A DNA stretch of 59,235 bases from Eubacteriales bacterium. Lineage in GTDB: Bacteria > Bacillota > Clostridia > Oscillospirales > QAKW01. Below the pieces are notes generated by a model. The model worked only from the letters and a program-made list of their open reading frames with translations. It ran no database searches and was not told the origin of the DNA. Each line of letters starts with the position of its first letter. The first letter of the stretch is position 1. Of the stretch, positions 39,113-48,078 are shown piece after piece. A program made the position numbers and the translations under genes. The stretch lies in assembly GCA_045612565.1 (NCBI GenBank), contig JAZKZG010000011.1:1-59235 (forward strand), read 5' to 3'.

Positions 39113-39572
39113 TTTTAAAAATATCCTCGTAAAAAATATAGATTATCGATAATATAACCGAAACAGACAAAAAAATAAGTTTTAAAGGAGATGAATAATA
39201 AACATAAATTTGGTTAAAAACATCAAAGTCAATAAATAATTTCAAGGCTATTACAACAGCAAATATTGCAATACAAAAAACCGCAGCCGCGGCCGTATCT
39301 TTTGCAGTTTTTATTTGCTTTGAAAAATCGGTTGTTACAGCATCACAAACTTGCTCTATTGAAGTATTGAAACATTCCGCTGAAATAACAGAAGCAACAA
39401 CCAAAAACAGAATTGAATATTCAGCTGCAGAAAAAGAATAGAATTTACTCAAATATAAAACAAAAAAAGCTGCAACAGTATGTATTCTGAAATTACGACA
39501 GTTTTTTATGCAATAGACCAATCCACTAAAAGCATATTTAAAACTAAAAAACAATTTCTTTATTGCTTTCAT
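39099..39572 (-). CDS. dgkA: diacylglycerol/undecaprenol kinase
   Basis: 157 aa, 3-TM DAGK_prokar pattern (FRIHTVAA...SAECFNTSIEQVCD). Confidence 0.85.
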   Translation of the reverse strand: MKAIKKLFFSFKYAFSGLVYCIKNCRNFRIHTVAAFFVLYLSKFYSFSAAEYSILFLVVASVISAECFNTSIEQVCDAVTTDFSKQIKTAKDTAAAAVFCIAIFAVVIALKLFIDFDVFNQIYVYYSSPLKLIFLSVSVILSIIYIFYEDIFKNAKQ

Positions 39573-40018
39573 CTTGTAAGACCAATACTCTCTAAAATTT
39601 GTTCCTGTTTACTAAACATTTCTATTTCTTGCTCTTTGCCGAGTTCATGATCATATCCAAGCAAATGTAAAGTGCTGTGAACAGCCAAAAAACCAACCTC
39701 ACGCTCAATTGAATGACCATATTCCTCTGCTTGTTCAATTGCACGTTCTTTACAAATGACCATACTCCCTAAAAAAACCGAACCCGATTCATCAGTAACA
39801 GCATCCGAAGCTGTTTCAAACATCGGGAAAGACAAAACGTCAGTTACTTTATCAATATTTCTTGAAGAAAGATTTATTTCTTTAATTTCTTCCTTTGAAA
39901 CGGTAATAACCTCAATTGATGTATCATAATCAAACTTTTCAAATTCAAGAGCAGCAATAACAGATTTGTGAATAACATCTTTATACCACGATTCCGAAAA
40001 ATCAATAAACAAATTCAT
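39569..40018 (-). CDS. ybeY: rRNA maturation endoribonuclease YbeY
   Basis: 149 aa. Zn motif HSTLHLLGYDH. Confidence 0.92.
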   Translation of the reverse strand: MNLFIDFSESWYKDVIHKSVIAALEFEKFDYDTSIEVITVSKEEIKEINLSSRNIDKVTDVLSFPMFETASDAVTDESGSVFLGSMVICKERAIEQAEEYGHSIEREVGFLAVHSTLHLLGYDHELGKEQEIEMFSKQEQILESIGLTR

Positions 40019-40021
40019 TTT

Positions 40022-40975
40022 TTAGTCCTTCTTTTTAGAATTATTTTCGTATGCCTCAACAATTTTTTGAACAAGTGCATGTCTGACAATATCGCGCTTA
40101 TCAAATTTGTGAATTTTAATCATATCAATATTATCAAGAATTTTAAGCGCGTGAACAAGTCCTGAAGTTTTACCTTTAGGCAAATCAATCTGCGTAACAT
40201 CCCCTGTTACAACAATTTTTGAATTAAACCCGAATCGAGTTAAAAACATTTTCATTTGTTCAATTGTTGTATTTTGCGCCTCATCAAGGATTATAAAACA
40301 ATTCTCAAGAGTACGTCCACGCATATACGCAAGCGGTGCAATTTCGATAATGCCCTTTTCCATATATTTAAGATAAACATCGGGTCCGAGCATATCAAAT
40401 AATGCATCATATAAAGGTCGTAAATACGGATCAACTTTGTTCTGTAAATCACCGGGTAAAAAGCCAAGGCTCTCACCTGCTTCGACTGCTGGACGTGTTA
40501 ATATGATTTTTGATAACTGTTTATTCTTCAGTGCAGTCACAGCAAGTGCTACAGCAAGATAAGTTTTTCCTGTACCTGCAGGACCGATACCAAAGGTTAC
40601 AACATTCTTGCTAATACACTCAACATACTTTTTTTGAGAAATCGTCTTTGGTTTTATGGGACGACCAGAAGCAGTAATACAAATACATTCATCAAGAGCT
40701 TTTGCAACGTTATTGCTCGGTTCACCGGCAAGGCTTATCACATATTTAACTGTTTGTACATCAATTATATCGCGCGACTTTGCAATTTCAAAAAGATTTG
40801 AGAGAGTTTTAATAGCAAGGTCAACATTATCTTTTTCTCCGTTTACTGATATTGCATCACCGCGGCTAACAATTTTGACCGAAAACTCTTTTTCAATAAT
40901 TTCGATATTTTCATCAAAAGCGCCGAAAACAGCTGAAATATACTCCATTTCTATTCCGACAATTGATTTTTCCAT
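40022..40975 (-). CDS. phoH: PhoH-family ATPase
   Basis: 317 aa. Walker A GPAGTGKT and Walker B IILDEAQN. Confidence 0.92.
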   Translation of the reverse strand: MEKSIVGIEMEYISAVFGAFDENIEIIEKEFSVKIVSRGDAISVNGEKDNVDLAIKTLSNLFEIAKSRDIIDVQTVKYVISLAGEPSNNVAKALDECICITASGRPIKPKTISQKKYVECISKNVVTFGIGPAGTGKTYLAVALAVTALKNKQLSKIILTRPAVEAGESLGFLPGDLQNKVDPYLRPLYDALFDMLGPDVYLKYMEKGIIEIAPLAYMRGRTLENCFIILDEAQNTTIEQMKMFLTRFGFNSKIVVTGDVTQIDLPKGKTSGLVHALKILDNIDMIKIHKFDKRDIVRHALVQKIVEAYENNSKKKD

Positions 40976-40987
40976 CTTTTCACTTCC

Positions 40988-42163
40988 CTAGCAAATTTCT
41001 TTTTCTATGCCTATATCTTCATAACATTTAAAATAAGCTTTGACTGTTACCCCATCACTATCTTCAACAATGTCGTATTCTTTATCCAGAACAGTAATTC
41101 CAACAAGGTTATTTTTCATATCATCCAATTTTTCATATGCATCTATTAAAGCTGCATCTTTGGATTTGTTATATACAACGTCATTTGTTTGAAGATACGT
41201 TGTTGTTTGCAAACTAAAAGGCAAAACAAAAGACGATGACAGTTTGAAATTTTTAATACTTTTATTTTTACTATAATTATTATAACTTATCTTTTCTTTA
41301 AAATAAAGAGGTATTGTAAATCTTGTTAATTTTAAAGAAAAGTATTTTTTCTTTTTACCTGTAAATTGTTGTTCAACTGTTTTAAATGGAACTTTAACAG
41401 TATAACTATGGGTTGTATATGCCATCACCTTAGCATAAGAATGAAGTTTATAGCTTTTACCAAATTTATCTGTATACTCCCCTGTAACAATCATATCTCC
41501 GGCTGAAACAGTGTCACCAACTTCAACTGTTTTGTAACCCATATATGTAGTTATAGACTCAATTACAGCATCACGTGATGCATAAATATTGCTTGGTTTG
41601 GATGTATCTAATTTTTTGATTTCCCGCATATTCTCTCTTACTTCAACAAAAGCAACTGTACCTTTAAGATTAATTGATATCCATGATATATTATCATTTC
41701 TTGACAAAAAACCATTTTCAATATTTTTTAATGTAAATGATCGTTTCATTTTACCTGAAACAAACCCTTGATATGACAGTTCATTTAATATCTTTTCAGT
41801 CGATATGCTATCATTACCCGACACTTGTATATCCCAGATAAAAAGTGACGATACATATAACAGTCCTGCGAATAATAATGCACCTATAAACAAGCCATAT
41901 CGCTTTTTATATTTACTGAATATATTCGGAAATCCTTTTTTTGATATAATTATCAAATCAAAGTTGCGAAAGAACGGATGATTCTTAATCTTTTTATATG
42001 TATTTAAATAACATTCAAATAGAACCTCATTACAGGTTGTCTTTTTAACATTTCGTATTTTGAAATCGTTTATTATTAAAGCATTTATTACCTCTTCGGG
42101 AGATGTACATATAATTTTAATTTTACAGCTTCCCAAGACATATCTAATCAAATTTTCCAACAT
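40988..42163 (-). CDS. yqfD: sporulation protein YqfD
   Basis: 391 aa with a single central TM helix. Position is yqfC-yqfD-phoH, as in Bacillus and Clostridium. Confidence 0.8.
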   Translation of the reverse strand: MLENLIRYVLGSCKIKIICTSPEEVINALIINDFKIRNVKKTTCNEVLFECYLNTYKKIKNHPFFRNFDLIIISKKGFPNIFSKYKKRYGLFIGALLFAGLLYVSSLFIWDIQVSGNDSISTEKILNELSYQGFVSGKMKRSFTLKNIENGFLSRNDNISWISINLKGTVAFVEVRENMREIKKLDTSKPSNIYASRDAVIESITTYMGYKTVEVGDTVSAGDMIVTGEYTDKFGKSYKLHSYAKVMAYTTHSYTVKVPFKTVEQQFTGKKKKYFSLKLTRFTIPLYFKEKISYNNYSKNKSIKNFKLSSSFVLPFSLQTTTYLQTNDVVYNKSKDAALIDAYEKLDDMKNNLVGITVLDKEYDIVEDSDGVTVKAYFKCYEDIGIEKEIC

Positions 42164-42169
42164 ATTTTT

Positions 42170-42424
42170 TCACTCAAAAATAACCGAAGATACTTTCCCT
42201 TCAATAACAATATTTTTATTATAATAATCACAGATATTAAGATTGTCGCCATTTATTATTAAAAGATTTTTTCCAACATCAATAATTATCTTGGTATTGC
42301 AATATTCAATTAATTTAATCATTTCTTCAATAATAACCTTACTAGCGTCAACGATTTCAATATTACTGTTTATTTTATAACCATCCTTTATGTTATCAAA
42401 TAACTGCTTGACAGAATTATTCAT
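42170..42424 (-). CDS. yqfC: sporulation protein YqfC (YabP family)
   Basis: 84 aa from ATG 42424 (GAGGTGA SD). YabP-like ...IIINGDNLNICDYYNKNIVIEGKV. The ORF-track start at 42481 is unsupported. Confidence 0.75.
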   Translation of the reverse strand: MNNSVKQLFDNIKDGYKINSNIEIVDASKVIIEEMIKLIEYCNTKIIIDVGKNLLIINGDNLNICDYYNKNIVIEGKVSSVIFE

Positions 42425-42492
42425 TTTATAAATCATCACCTCTATGATAAATTTATGCATTATATCAAGATAATATTGCATATCTTTTATAT

Positions 42493-43509
42493 ATGAGTAA
42501 CAGTAAAAAAATCATTTTAATAATCATTTGTATTATCCTGTTTGTTTCTTTTTCATTAAATTCAAAAACAGTTATTAATTCAATCAGATACAGCCTTAAC
42601 ATGTGCTATAATTCAGTTATTCCGTCATTGTTTCCGTTTTTCGTTTTATCTGAATTCTTCGTATCAATCCTTTCGGTAACAAAGTTAAACCCATCGGTGT
42701 ACTTGTTTATATGCGGACTGCTGACAGGCTTTCCTAACGGAACAAAAAATATATGCAATTTATATCAAGAAAATGTAATTTCCAAAGAAAACGCTGTAAA
42801 GCTTTTATACTGTACAGCAAATGCATCTCCTGCATATATAGTAACATTTATCGGAATATCTATACTCCAAAGCAAAACAATTGGATATATTATTCTATTA
42901 TCACAAATGTGTTGCAGCATAATGTGTGCATTTGCTTTTGGAGCAATCAAAAAACAAAAAATCACAAAAATTTCAACTATAAAAATAACAGAAACCGCCT
43001 GTAAAAGTATAACAGGTTCTGTTTCTTCTTGTTTAAATGTATGCGGCTATATAATATTTTCGGGAGTAATTGCCGATGTTGCATTAAAATATAATATACC
43101 CGATTTAATATCAAGATTATTGTTTTTTATTCCGAAAAAAAACTTCAATGCAATTATAATTGGAATGATAGAAATAACAAGAGGTATTACTATTATGAAA
43201 AAATCCGCAAATGATTTTATTATCGCAATATCATTTATAGTAGGATTTTCAGGATTATCTGTGATAATGCAGTGCATCAGTTGCGCAACAAAAAGTAAAT
43301 TGCCTGTAAAACCAATTATCGTAGGAAAAATCACATATTCAATTTTAATGCCAATAATTACATATTGTCTTTTAAAACTAATTCCTATTAAATTTGAAAG
43401 TGTCACAAATACTTTTGCATCATCAATTTTTATTATTTTTATTTTGTTTTTAGGTTTTTTCTTGTATATTGTCTTTGACAAATCATATAAAAAGCTATAT
43501 AATAAATAA
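42493..43509 (+). CDS. ylbJ: sporulation integral membrane protein YlbJ (nucleoside-recognition-domain type)
   Basis: 338 aa polytopic protein. N-terminal TM helix then NSVIPSLFPFFVLSEFF, matching the YlbJ pattern ..VFPSLLPFFI.SE... No SD precedes the ATG. Confidence 0.7.
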   Translation: MSNSKKIILIIICIILFVSFSLNSKTVINSIRYSLNMCYNSVIPSLFPFFVLSEFFVSILSVTKLNPSVYLFICGLLTGFPNGTKNICNLYQENVISKENAVKLLYCTANASPAYIVTFIGISILQSKTIGYIILLSQMCCSIMCAFAFGAIKKQKITKISTIKITETACKSITGSVSSCLNVCGYIIFSGVIADVALKYNIPDLISRLLFFIPKKNFNAIIIGMIEITRGITIMKKSANDFIIAISFIVGFSGLSVIMQCISCATKSKLPVKPIIVGKITYSILMPIITYCLLKLIPIKFESVTNTFASSIFIIFILFLGFFLYIVFDKSYKKLYNK

Positions 43510-43531
43510 AAAATGTCAGGTGGTTACACAA

Positions 43532-43741
43532 ATGATTTTTTCAAAAGATATAATTCCAATGTGCATATATTGTGAATTTGGAAAAAAAATAATTGCAACA
43601 GAAGATATTATATGTTCAAAAAAAGGTATAGTGAAACCAGACTTTTGTTGTAAAAAATTCAGATATACCCCTCTTAATCGCATCCCACCCAAAAAATACG
43701 TAGAACAGCAAAACTTTTCAAAAGAAGATTTCGAATTTTAA
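43532..43741 (+). CDS. small Cys-rich hypothetical protein
   Basis: 69 aa from ATG 43532 (AGGTGG SD 8 nt upstream). CIYCEFG...C....G......CC arrangement. Confidence 0.55.
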   Translation: MIFSKDIIPMCIYCEFGKKIIATEDIICSKKGIVKPDFCCKKFRYTPLNRIPPKKYVEQQNFSKEDFEF

Positions 43742-43768
43742 TCAGCAATTATATTTGCTGATTTTTTT
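43741..43768 (+). terminator. intrinsic terminator after ylbJ and the small ORF
   Basis: ATCAGCAA-TTATAT-TTGCTGAT-TTTTTT. Confidence 0.8.
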
Positions 43769-43817
43769 GTATAAATCAAACTATTACTATCCAAAATATC
43801 TTTGAGGTGATAGTATA

Positions 43818-45089
43818 ATGGAAGATACAATTAAAAAAATTATTGCAAGACAGATTTTTGACAGCAGAGGTACACCAACGGTTGAAGCGACAGTTATACT
43901 TAATAGCGGTGTTGCTGCCTCTGCCGCAGTACCCAGCGGCGCATCCACCGGAAAATTTGAAGCATACGAAAAACGTGATGACGATGATGATTATAGTGGA
44001 ATGGGTGTTTTAAGAGCAGTAGATAATGTAAACACCACTATTTCTTCTGCGCTTGAAGGCGAATCAGTTTTTAACCAAGATGAAATTGATAGTACAATGA
44101 TATGTATTGACAACACAAAAAACAAATCAAATCTTGGTGCAAATTCAATGCTTGCAGTATCTTTAGCGTGTTCGAGAGCAGCGGCATACTCTGCAGATAT
44201 TCCGTTATATGAGTATTTAGGCGGAATAAACGCTGTCACTCTACCCGTACCAATGATGAATATTCTAAACGGTGGCGCACACGCTTCAAATAATATAGAT
44301 ATTCAGGAATTTATGATTATGCCAACAGGAGCAAGTAATTTTGACGATGCAATGAGAATGGGTTGCGAAGTATATAAGAGTTTAAAAAAAATTCTTGCTT
44401 CAAGAGGGCATTCAGTAGCCGTTGGAGATGAAGGCGGCTTTGCTCCAAATCTTGACTCAGATGCTCAAGCACTGGATTTTATTGTTGATGCTATTGAAAA
44501 AAGCGGCTTTATACCAGGATATGATATAAACATTGCACTCGATGTTGCATCAAGCGAATGGATGAAAGACGATGGATATATCCTTCCAAAAAGAGATATG
44601 TTTATGACTAAGGATGAGCTCATAGACTATATTTCATCGTTAAAAAAGAATTATCCTATCATATCTATTGAAGACCCGTTGGGAGAAACAGATTTTGAAG
44701 GTTTTGCAGAAATAACCGAAAAAGAAAAAGCACAGATTGTCGGTGACGATTTATTTGTAACTAACCCTCAAAGACTTGAACTCGGAATTGAAAAAAAGGC
44801 AGCAAACGCAATCCTAATAAAACCCAATCAGATAGGAACATTAACTGAGACATTAAAAACAATCCGAATTGCACAAAAGAATGGATATAATACTATCATT
44901 TCTCACCGAAGCGGTGAAACAGCCGACACATTTATAGCAGACCTTGCAGTTGCGGTAAACTCAGGTCAGATAAAAACAGGCGCACCCGCCAGAAGTGAGA
45001 GAGTTTCAAAGTATAACCGCCTGTTACAAATTGAAATTGCATTGGGATCAAGAGCTTTTTATCCCGGAAACAAAATAATTAAACATTAA
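43818..45089 (+). CDS. eno: enolase (phosphopyruvate hydratase)
   Basis: 423 aa. IIARQIFDSRGTPTVEA..., SHRSGETAD and IKTGAPARSERVSKYN motifs. Confidence 0.95.
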   Translation: MEDTIKKIIARQIFDSRGTPTVEATVILNSGVAASAAVPSGASTGKFEAYEKRDDDDDYSGMGVLRAVDNVNTTISSALEGESVFNQDEIDSTMICIDNTKNKSNLGANSMLAVSLACSRAAAYSADIPLYEYLGGINAVTLPVPMMNILNGGAHASNNIDIQEFMIMPTGASNFDDAMRMGCEVYKSLKKILASRGHSVAVGDEGGFAPNLDSDAQALDFIVDAIEKSGFIPGYDINIALDVASSEWMKDDGYILPKRDMFMTKDELIDYISSLKKNYPIISIEDPLGETDFEGFAEITEKEKAQIVGDDLFVTNPQRLELGIEKKAANAILIKPNQIGTLTETLKTIRIAQKNGYNTIISHRSGETADTFIADLAVAVNSGQIKTGAPARSERVSKYNRLLQIEIALGSRAFYPGNKIIKH

Positions 45090-45104
45090 CAAGGAGAAAA
45101 GTTT

Positions 45105-45410
45105 ATGAGTTTTTATGACAAAGTATATGATAATGTCAAAAAAATTCCACACGGAAAGGTTGCAACATACGGCCAAATTGCAGTCCTGTGCGGTTCTCCT
45201 CGTGCATCGAGAGCAGTTGGATATGCACTGCATTCAAACCCTGATCCGACATCAATTCCATGTCATCGCGTTGTAAACCGTCACGGAAGACTTGCAGCCG
45301 CATATGCTTTTGGGGGAATCGAAGAACAAAGATTTAAACTTGAATCTGAAGGCGTTGAAGTTGATAACTCAAATATGGTCAACTTAAATAAATACCTTTG
45401 GGAATTATAA
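45105..45410 (+). CDS. MGMT-family (methylated-DNA--protein-cysteine methyltransferase DNA-binding domain) protein
   Basis: 101 aa. IPHGKVATYGQIA...IPCHRVV with the active-site-type PCHRV retained. Confidence 0.8.
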   Translation: MSFYDKVYDNVKKIPHGKVATYGQIAVLCGSPRASRAVGYALHSNPDPTSIPCHRVVNRHGRLAAAYAFGGIEEQRFKLESEGVEVDNSNMVNLNKYLWEL

Positions 45411-45448
45411 AATGATGGCAGCGTTTTATACCGCTGCCATTATTTTTT
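45411..45448. terminator. bidirectional terminator between the MGMT gene and the mecA-like gene
   Basis: 13-bp stem AATGATGGCAGCG/CGCTGCCATTATT followed by a T-tract. Overlaps the last codons of the minus-strand ORF. Confidence 0.75.
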
Positions 45449-45992
45449 CTATAACATTATCATTTAAAAGATTTCCCCACTCTTGTAAAATAACATCATT
45501 TAAAATACTCCATTTACACCTTGTGTAATCATATCCGAATTTATTAACTATTTCATCAATTAATGACTCATTATTTTGGTTTGTATCAAAATACAGAGAA
45601 ATATATAATCGGTTTTTATATTTATATAGTTTTGATTGTTTTAAATCTATATTTTGATTTTTAATTTTACTTGCAATATCAATTACGTCTTCAATAAAAT
45701 TAAGTTTGAATAGATACATATAATCCTCGTTGTTGTCCGATTGAATATTTTGTGGGCAGTTATCATCTGAAATCCGTGTAATTATCACGTAATATGATTG
45801 ACAACAGCCCTTAAATGATTCGATTAATATTTTACTATTTAAAAAGTTCAATCCGGTTTGTTCATAAATTCCAATCAACAAAACAGCAACAGCATTTTTT
45901 GTATCATCACAATCAATATCAAAATCTATCAATTCAAAATTTTTAATATCATTTTTCTCAATAAGCACCTTAACCTTATCATTTGTCAACAC
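45426..45992 (-). CDS. mecA: adaptor protein MecA-like
   Basis: The C-terminal half (FKLNFIEDVIDIA...KLYKYKNRLYISLYF...LIDEIVNKFGY...LQEWGNLLNDNVIEKI) follows the MecA pattern. No ATG start is available. Candidates are GTG 45992 (no SD) and GTG 45968 (AAGG 5 nt upstream). Confidence 0.6.
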   Translation of the reverse strand: MLTNDKVKVLIEKNDIKNFELIDFDIDCDDTKNAVAVLLIGIYEQTGLNFLNSKILIESFKGCCQSYYVIITRISDDNCPQNIQSDNNEDYMYLFKLNFIEDVIDIASKIKNQNIDLKQSKLYKYKNRLYISLYFDTNQNNESLIDEIVNKFGYDYTRCKWSILNDVILQEWGNLLNDNVIEKIMAAV

Positions 45993-45995
45993 TTT

Positions 45996-46049
45996 AATAA
46001 AAATAAAACCACACCCTTATAATATATAATATTCAGGTGTGGTTTTTTT
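45996..46049 (-). terminator. intrinsic terminator after sigG
   Basis: Minus strand reads AAAACCACACC, 20-nt loop, GGTGTGGTTTT, then AUUUUUAUU. Confidence 0.6.
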
Positions 46050-46052
46050 GTT

Positions 46053-46826
46053 CTATAGTTGATTTTTTATTCTGTCTAACGCACCTTTTTCAAGTCTGCT
46101 GACCTGTGCCTGTGAAATACCCACCTCCTTTGCAACTTCCATTTGAGTCTTACCTTCAAGAAATCTGAGACCAATAATTTGTTTTTCTCTGTCAGGTAAA
46201 GCTGCTATTGCCTCTTTAATTATAATTTCATCCAGCCAATTTGTATCGCTGTTACCGTCGCTTAGTTGATCCATAATATATATTGCATCACTTCCTTCTG
46301 AGTATACTGGCTCAAAAAGTGATACCGGATCAACAACTGATTCAAGCGCCATTACAACCTCTTCTTTAGAAATTCCAAGTTCATTTGCGACATCTTGTGC
46401 AGTTGGTTCTTTTGAATTTTGAGCTGTAAGTCTTTCTTTGACAGCCAATGATTTATATGCCGTATCACGCATTGAACGTGACACTCTTAACATATTGTTA
46501 TCTCTAAGATATCTTCTTATTTCTCCAAGTATCATAGGCACACCGTAAGTTGAAAATTTAAGTCCAAGCGATACATCGAAGTTTTGGGCGCTTTTAATAA
46601 GCCCGATACATCCAACTTGAAACAAATCATCCATACTTTCTCCTCTGCCGGCGAATCTTTGTACAATTGATAGAACAAGTCTTAAATTTCCTTTTATAAA
46701 TTCATCTTTGGCTTTTTCATCACCTTGTTGGATTTTAATTAATAATTCTTGTTTTTTTGCATCATTCAAAACAGGTAATTTTGTTGTGTCTATGCCACTG
46801 ATAATAACTTTATTTTTATTTATCAC
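46053..46826 (-). CDS. sigG: sporulation sigma factor SigG
   Basis: 257 aa. Near-colinear with B. subtilis SigG (KVIISGIDTTKLPVL, GNLRLVLSIVQRF, DDLFQVGCIGL, KFSTYGVPMILGEIRRYLRDNN, GISQAQVSRLEK). GTG start after GGAGGG. Confidence 0.9.
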   Translation of the reverse strand: MINKNKVIISGIDTTKLPVLNDAKKQELLIKIQQGDEKAKDEFIKGNLRLVLSIVQRFAGRGESMDDLFQVGCIGLIKSAQNFDVSLGLKFSTYGVPMILGEIRRYLRDNNMLRVSRSMRDTAYKSLAVKERLTAQNSKEPTAQDVANELGISKEEVVMALESVVDPVSLFEPVYSEGSDAIYIMDQLSDGNSDTNWLDEIIIKEAIAALPDREKQIIGLRFLEGKTQMEVAKEVGISQAQVSRLEKGALDRIKNQL

Positions 46827-46925
46827 TGTATCAACCCTCCATAATTAAGTATTGACATATAGAATGAATTTAGGCGGAGTGTCAAAAGATAACACAAAAT
46901 TATAGTATATATAGAGGTGATATTA

Positions 46926-47996
46926 ATGACAGTAGATACTTATATTGCGGCAAATACATTTAAAGGTTTTGATTCATATTTTGACGAACTGATTCATAAC
47001 GACGAAAACAACAAGGTTTATTTGATTAAAGGAGGACCGGGATGTGGCAAAAGCACATTGATGAAAAAAATTGCCGAATTTTTTGAGAATGATAATTATG
47101 ACATCGAAAAAATATACTGCTCAAGCGATCCTAACAGTCTGGACGGAATAAAAATAGCAGATAAAAATATAGTTATAATTGATGCCACTCCTCCACACTC
47201 ATTTGATATGAAATATCCGGGCATAATAGATAATATAATTGATATCAGTAAGTGTTGGAACGAAGAAAAACTATCACAAAGCAAAGAAAACATAAAATTT
47301 CTTTTTGATGATATTTCACAAAGGTACAAATCGGTGTATTCAACACTGCACTCAGCGGGAATATTATATTTAAATTTACAAATGCAAAATGAAAACCATT
47401 GTAATAAAGAAAAAATTTTATCATTCATAAAAAAATATGTAAAACAAAATGCAATATCTCCAGTGCAAAAAGAGGCAAAAATATGTAATCGTTTTTTATC
47501 ATCTATAAGTTGCGATGGAATTGTTACAAAAACCGATACAATAATGAAAATGTGTGATAAAGGAATTATAATTAACGATGAAATGAATATATCCTCCTCT
47601 ATTATATCAATGTTTGTTTCATATTTCAGACGATCGGGATACGATATTATATTATTCCACAATCCACTTTGTCCCGAAAAGAAAATTGATCATATGATTA
47701 TACCTGATCTTAAATTCGGAATTATTTCAACAAATAATATCTTTGAACTTATTATTGATACTAAAAATTTCAAACAAATCAACAGTAAAATCTTTATTGA
47801 CAAAGATTTTGTATCAGAAAATAAAAATAAAATCTCTTTAAAAAAGAAAATTATTGCACAATTACTCGGAAGTGCAACAATTGAATTAAAGTATATTAAA
47901 GAGTTACACGATAAACTTGAAAAATACTATATTAATTCAATCGATTTTAATCATCTCGATAAATTAACAAGAAATATCATTAATTCATTTGTTTAA
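46926..47996 (+). CDS. P-loop NTPase of unknown function
   Basis: 356 aa from ATG 46926 (GAGGTGA SD). Walker A GGPGCGKST and candidate Walker B VIIDATPPH. No further family recognised. Confidence 0.6.
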   Translation: MTVDTYIAANTFKGFDSYFDELIHNDENNKVYLIKGGPGCGKSTLMKKIAEFFENDNYDIEKIYCSSDPNSLDGIKIADKNIVIIDATPPHSFDMKYPGIIDNIIDISKCWNEEKLSQSKENIKFLFDDISQRYKSVYSTLHSAGILYLNLQMQNENHCNKEKILSFIKKYVKQNAISPVQKEAKICNRFLSSISCDGIVTKTDTIMKMCDKGIIINDEMNISSSIISMFVSYFRRSGYDIILFHNPLCPEKKIDHMIIPDLKFGIISTNNIFELIIDTKNFKQINSKIFIDKDFVSENKNKISLKKKIIAQLLGSATIELKYIKELHDKLEKYYINSIDFNHLDKLTRNIINSFV

Positions 47997-48017
47997 AATT
48001 AATTTCAATTAATATAG

Positions 48018-48046
48018 TTGATTTATTTTTCATAAAATGCTATAAT
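48018..48046 (+). promoter_or_regulatory. sigma-A-type promoter of the GT2-PAP2 pair
   Basis: TTGATT, 17 nt, TATAAT, with an extended -10 TGc. Confidence 0.6.
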
Positions 48047-48078
48047 CACAGTAATATTTAAAATGCAGGAGAAAGATA

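Noticed and set aside
43047-43481. 144-aa minus-strand ORF
   Set aside because: It is antisense to ylbJ and has no SD. Its hydrophobic, low-complexity sequence mirrors a membrane protein gene.
46827-46916. sigma-F/sigma-G promoter for sigG
   Set aside because: A CATTCTA element fits the sigma-G -10 consensus, but no GnATR-type -35 lies at the required 17-18 nt spacing. I therefore did not call it.
47096-47662. 188-aa minus-strand ORF
   Set aside because: It is antisense to the P-loop NTPase gene, which has a Walker A motif and an SD. This is a typical AT-rich shadow ORF.
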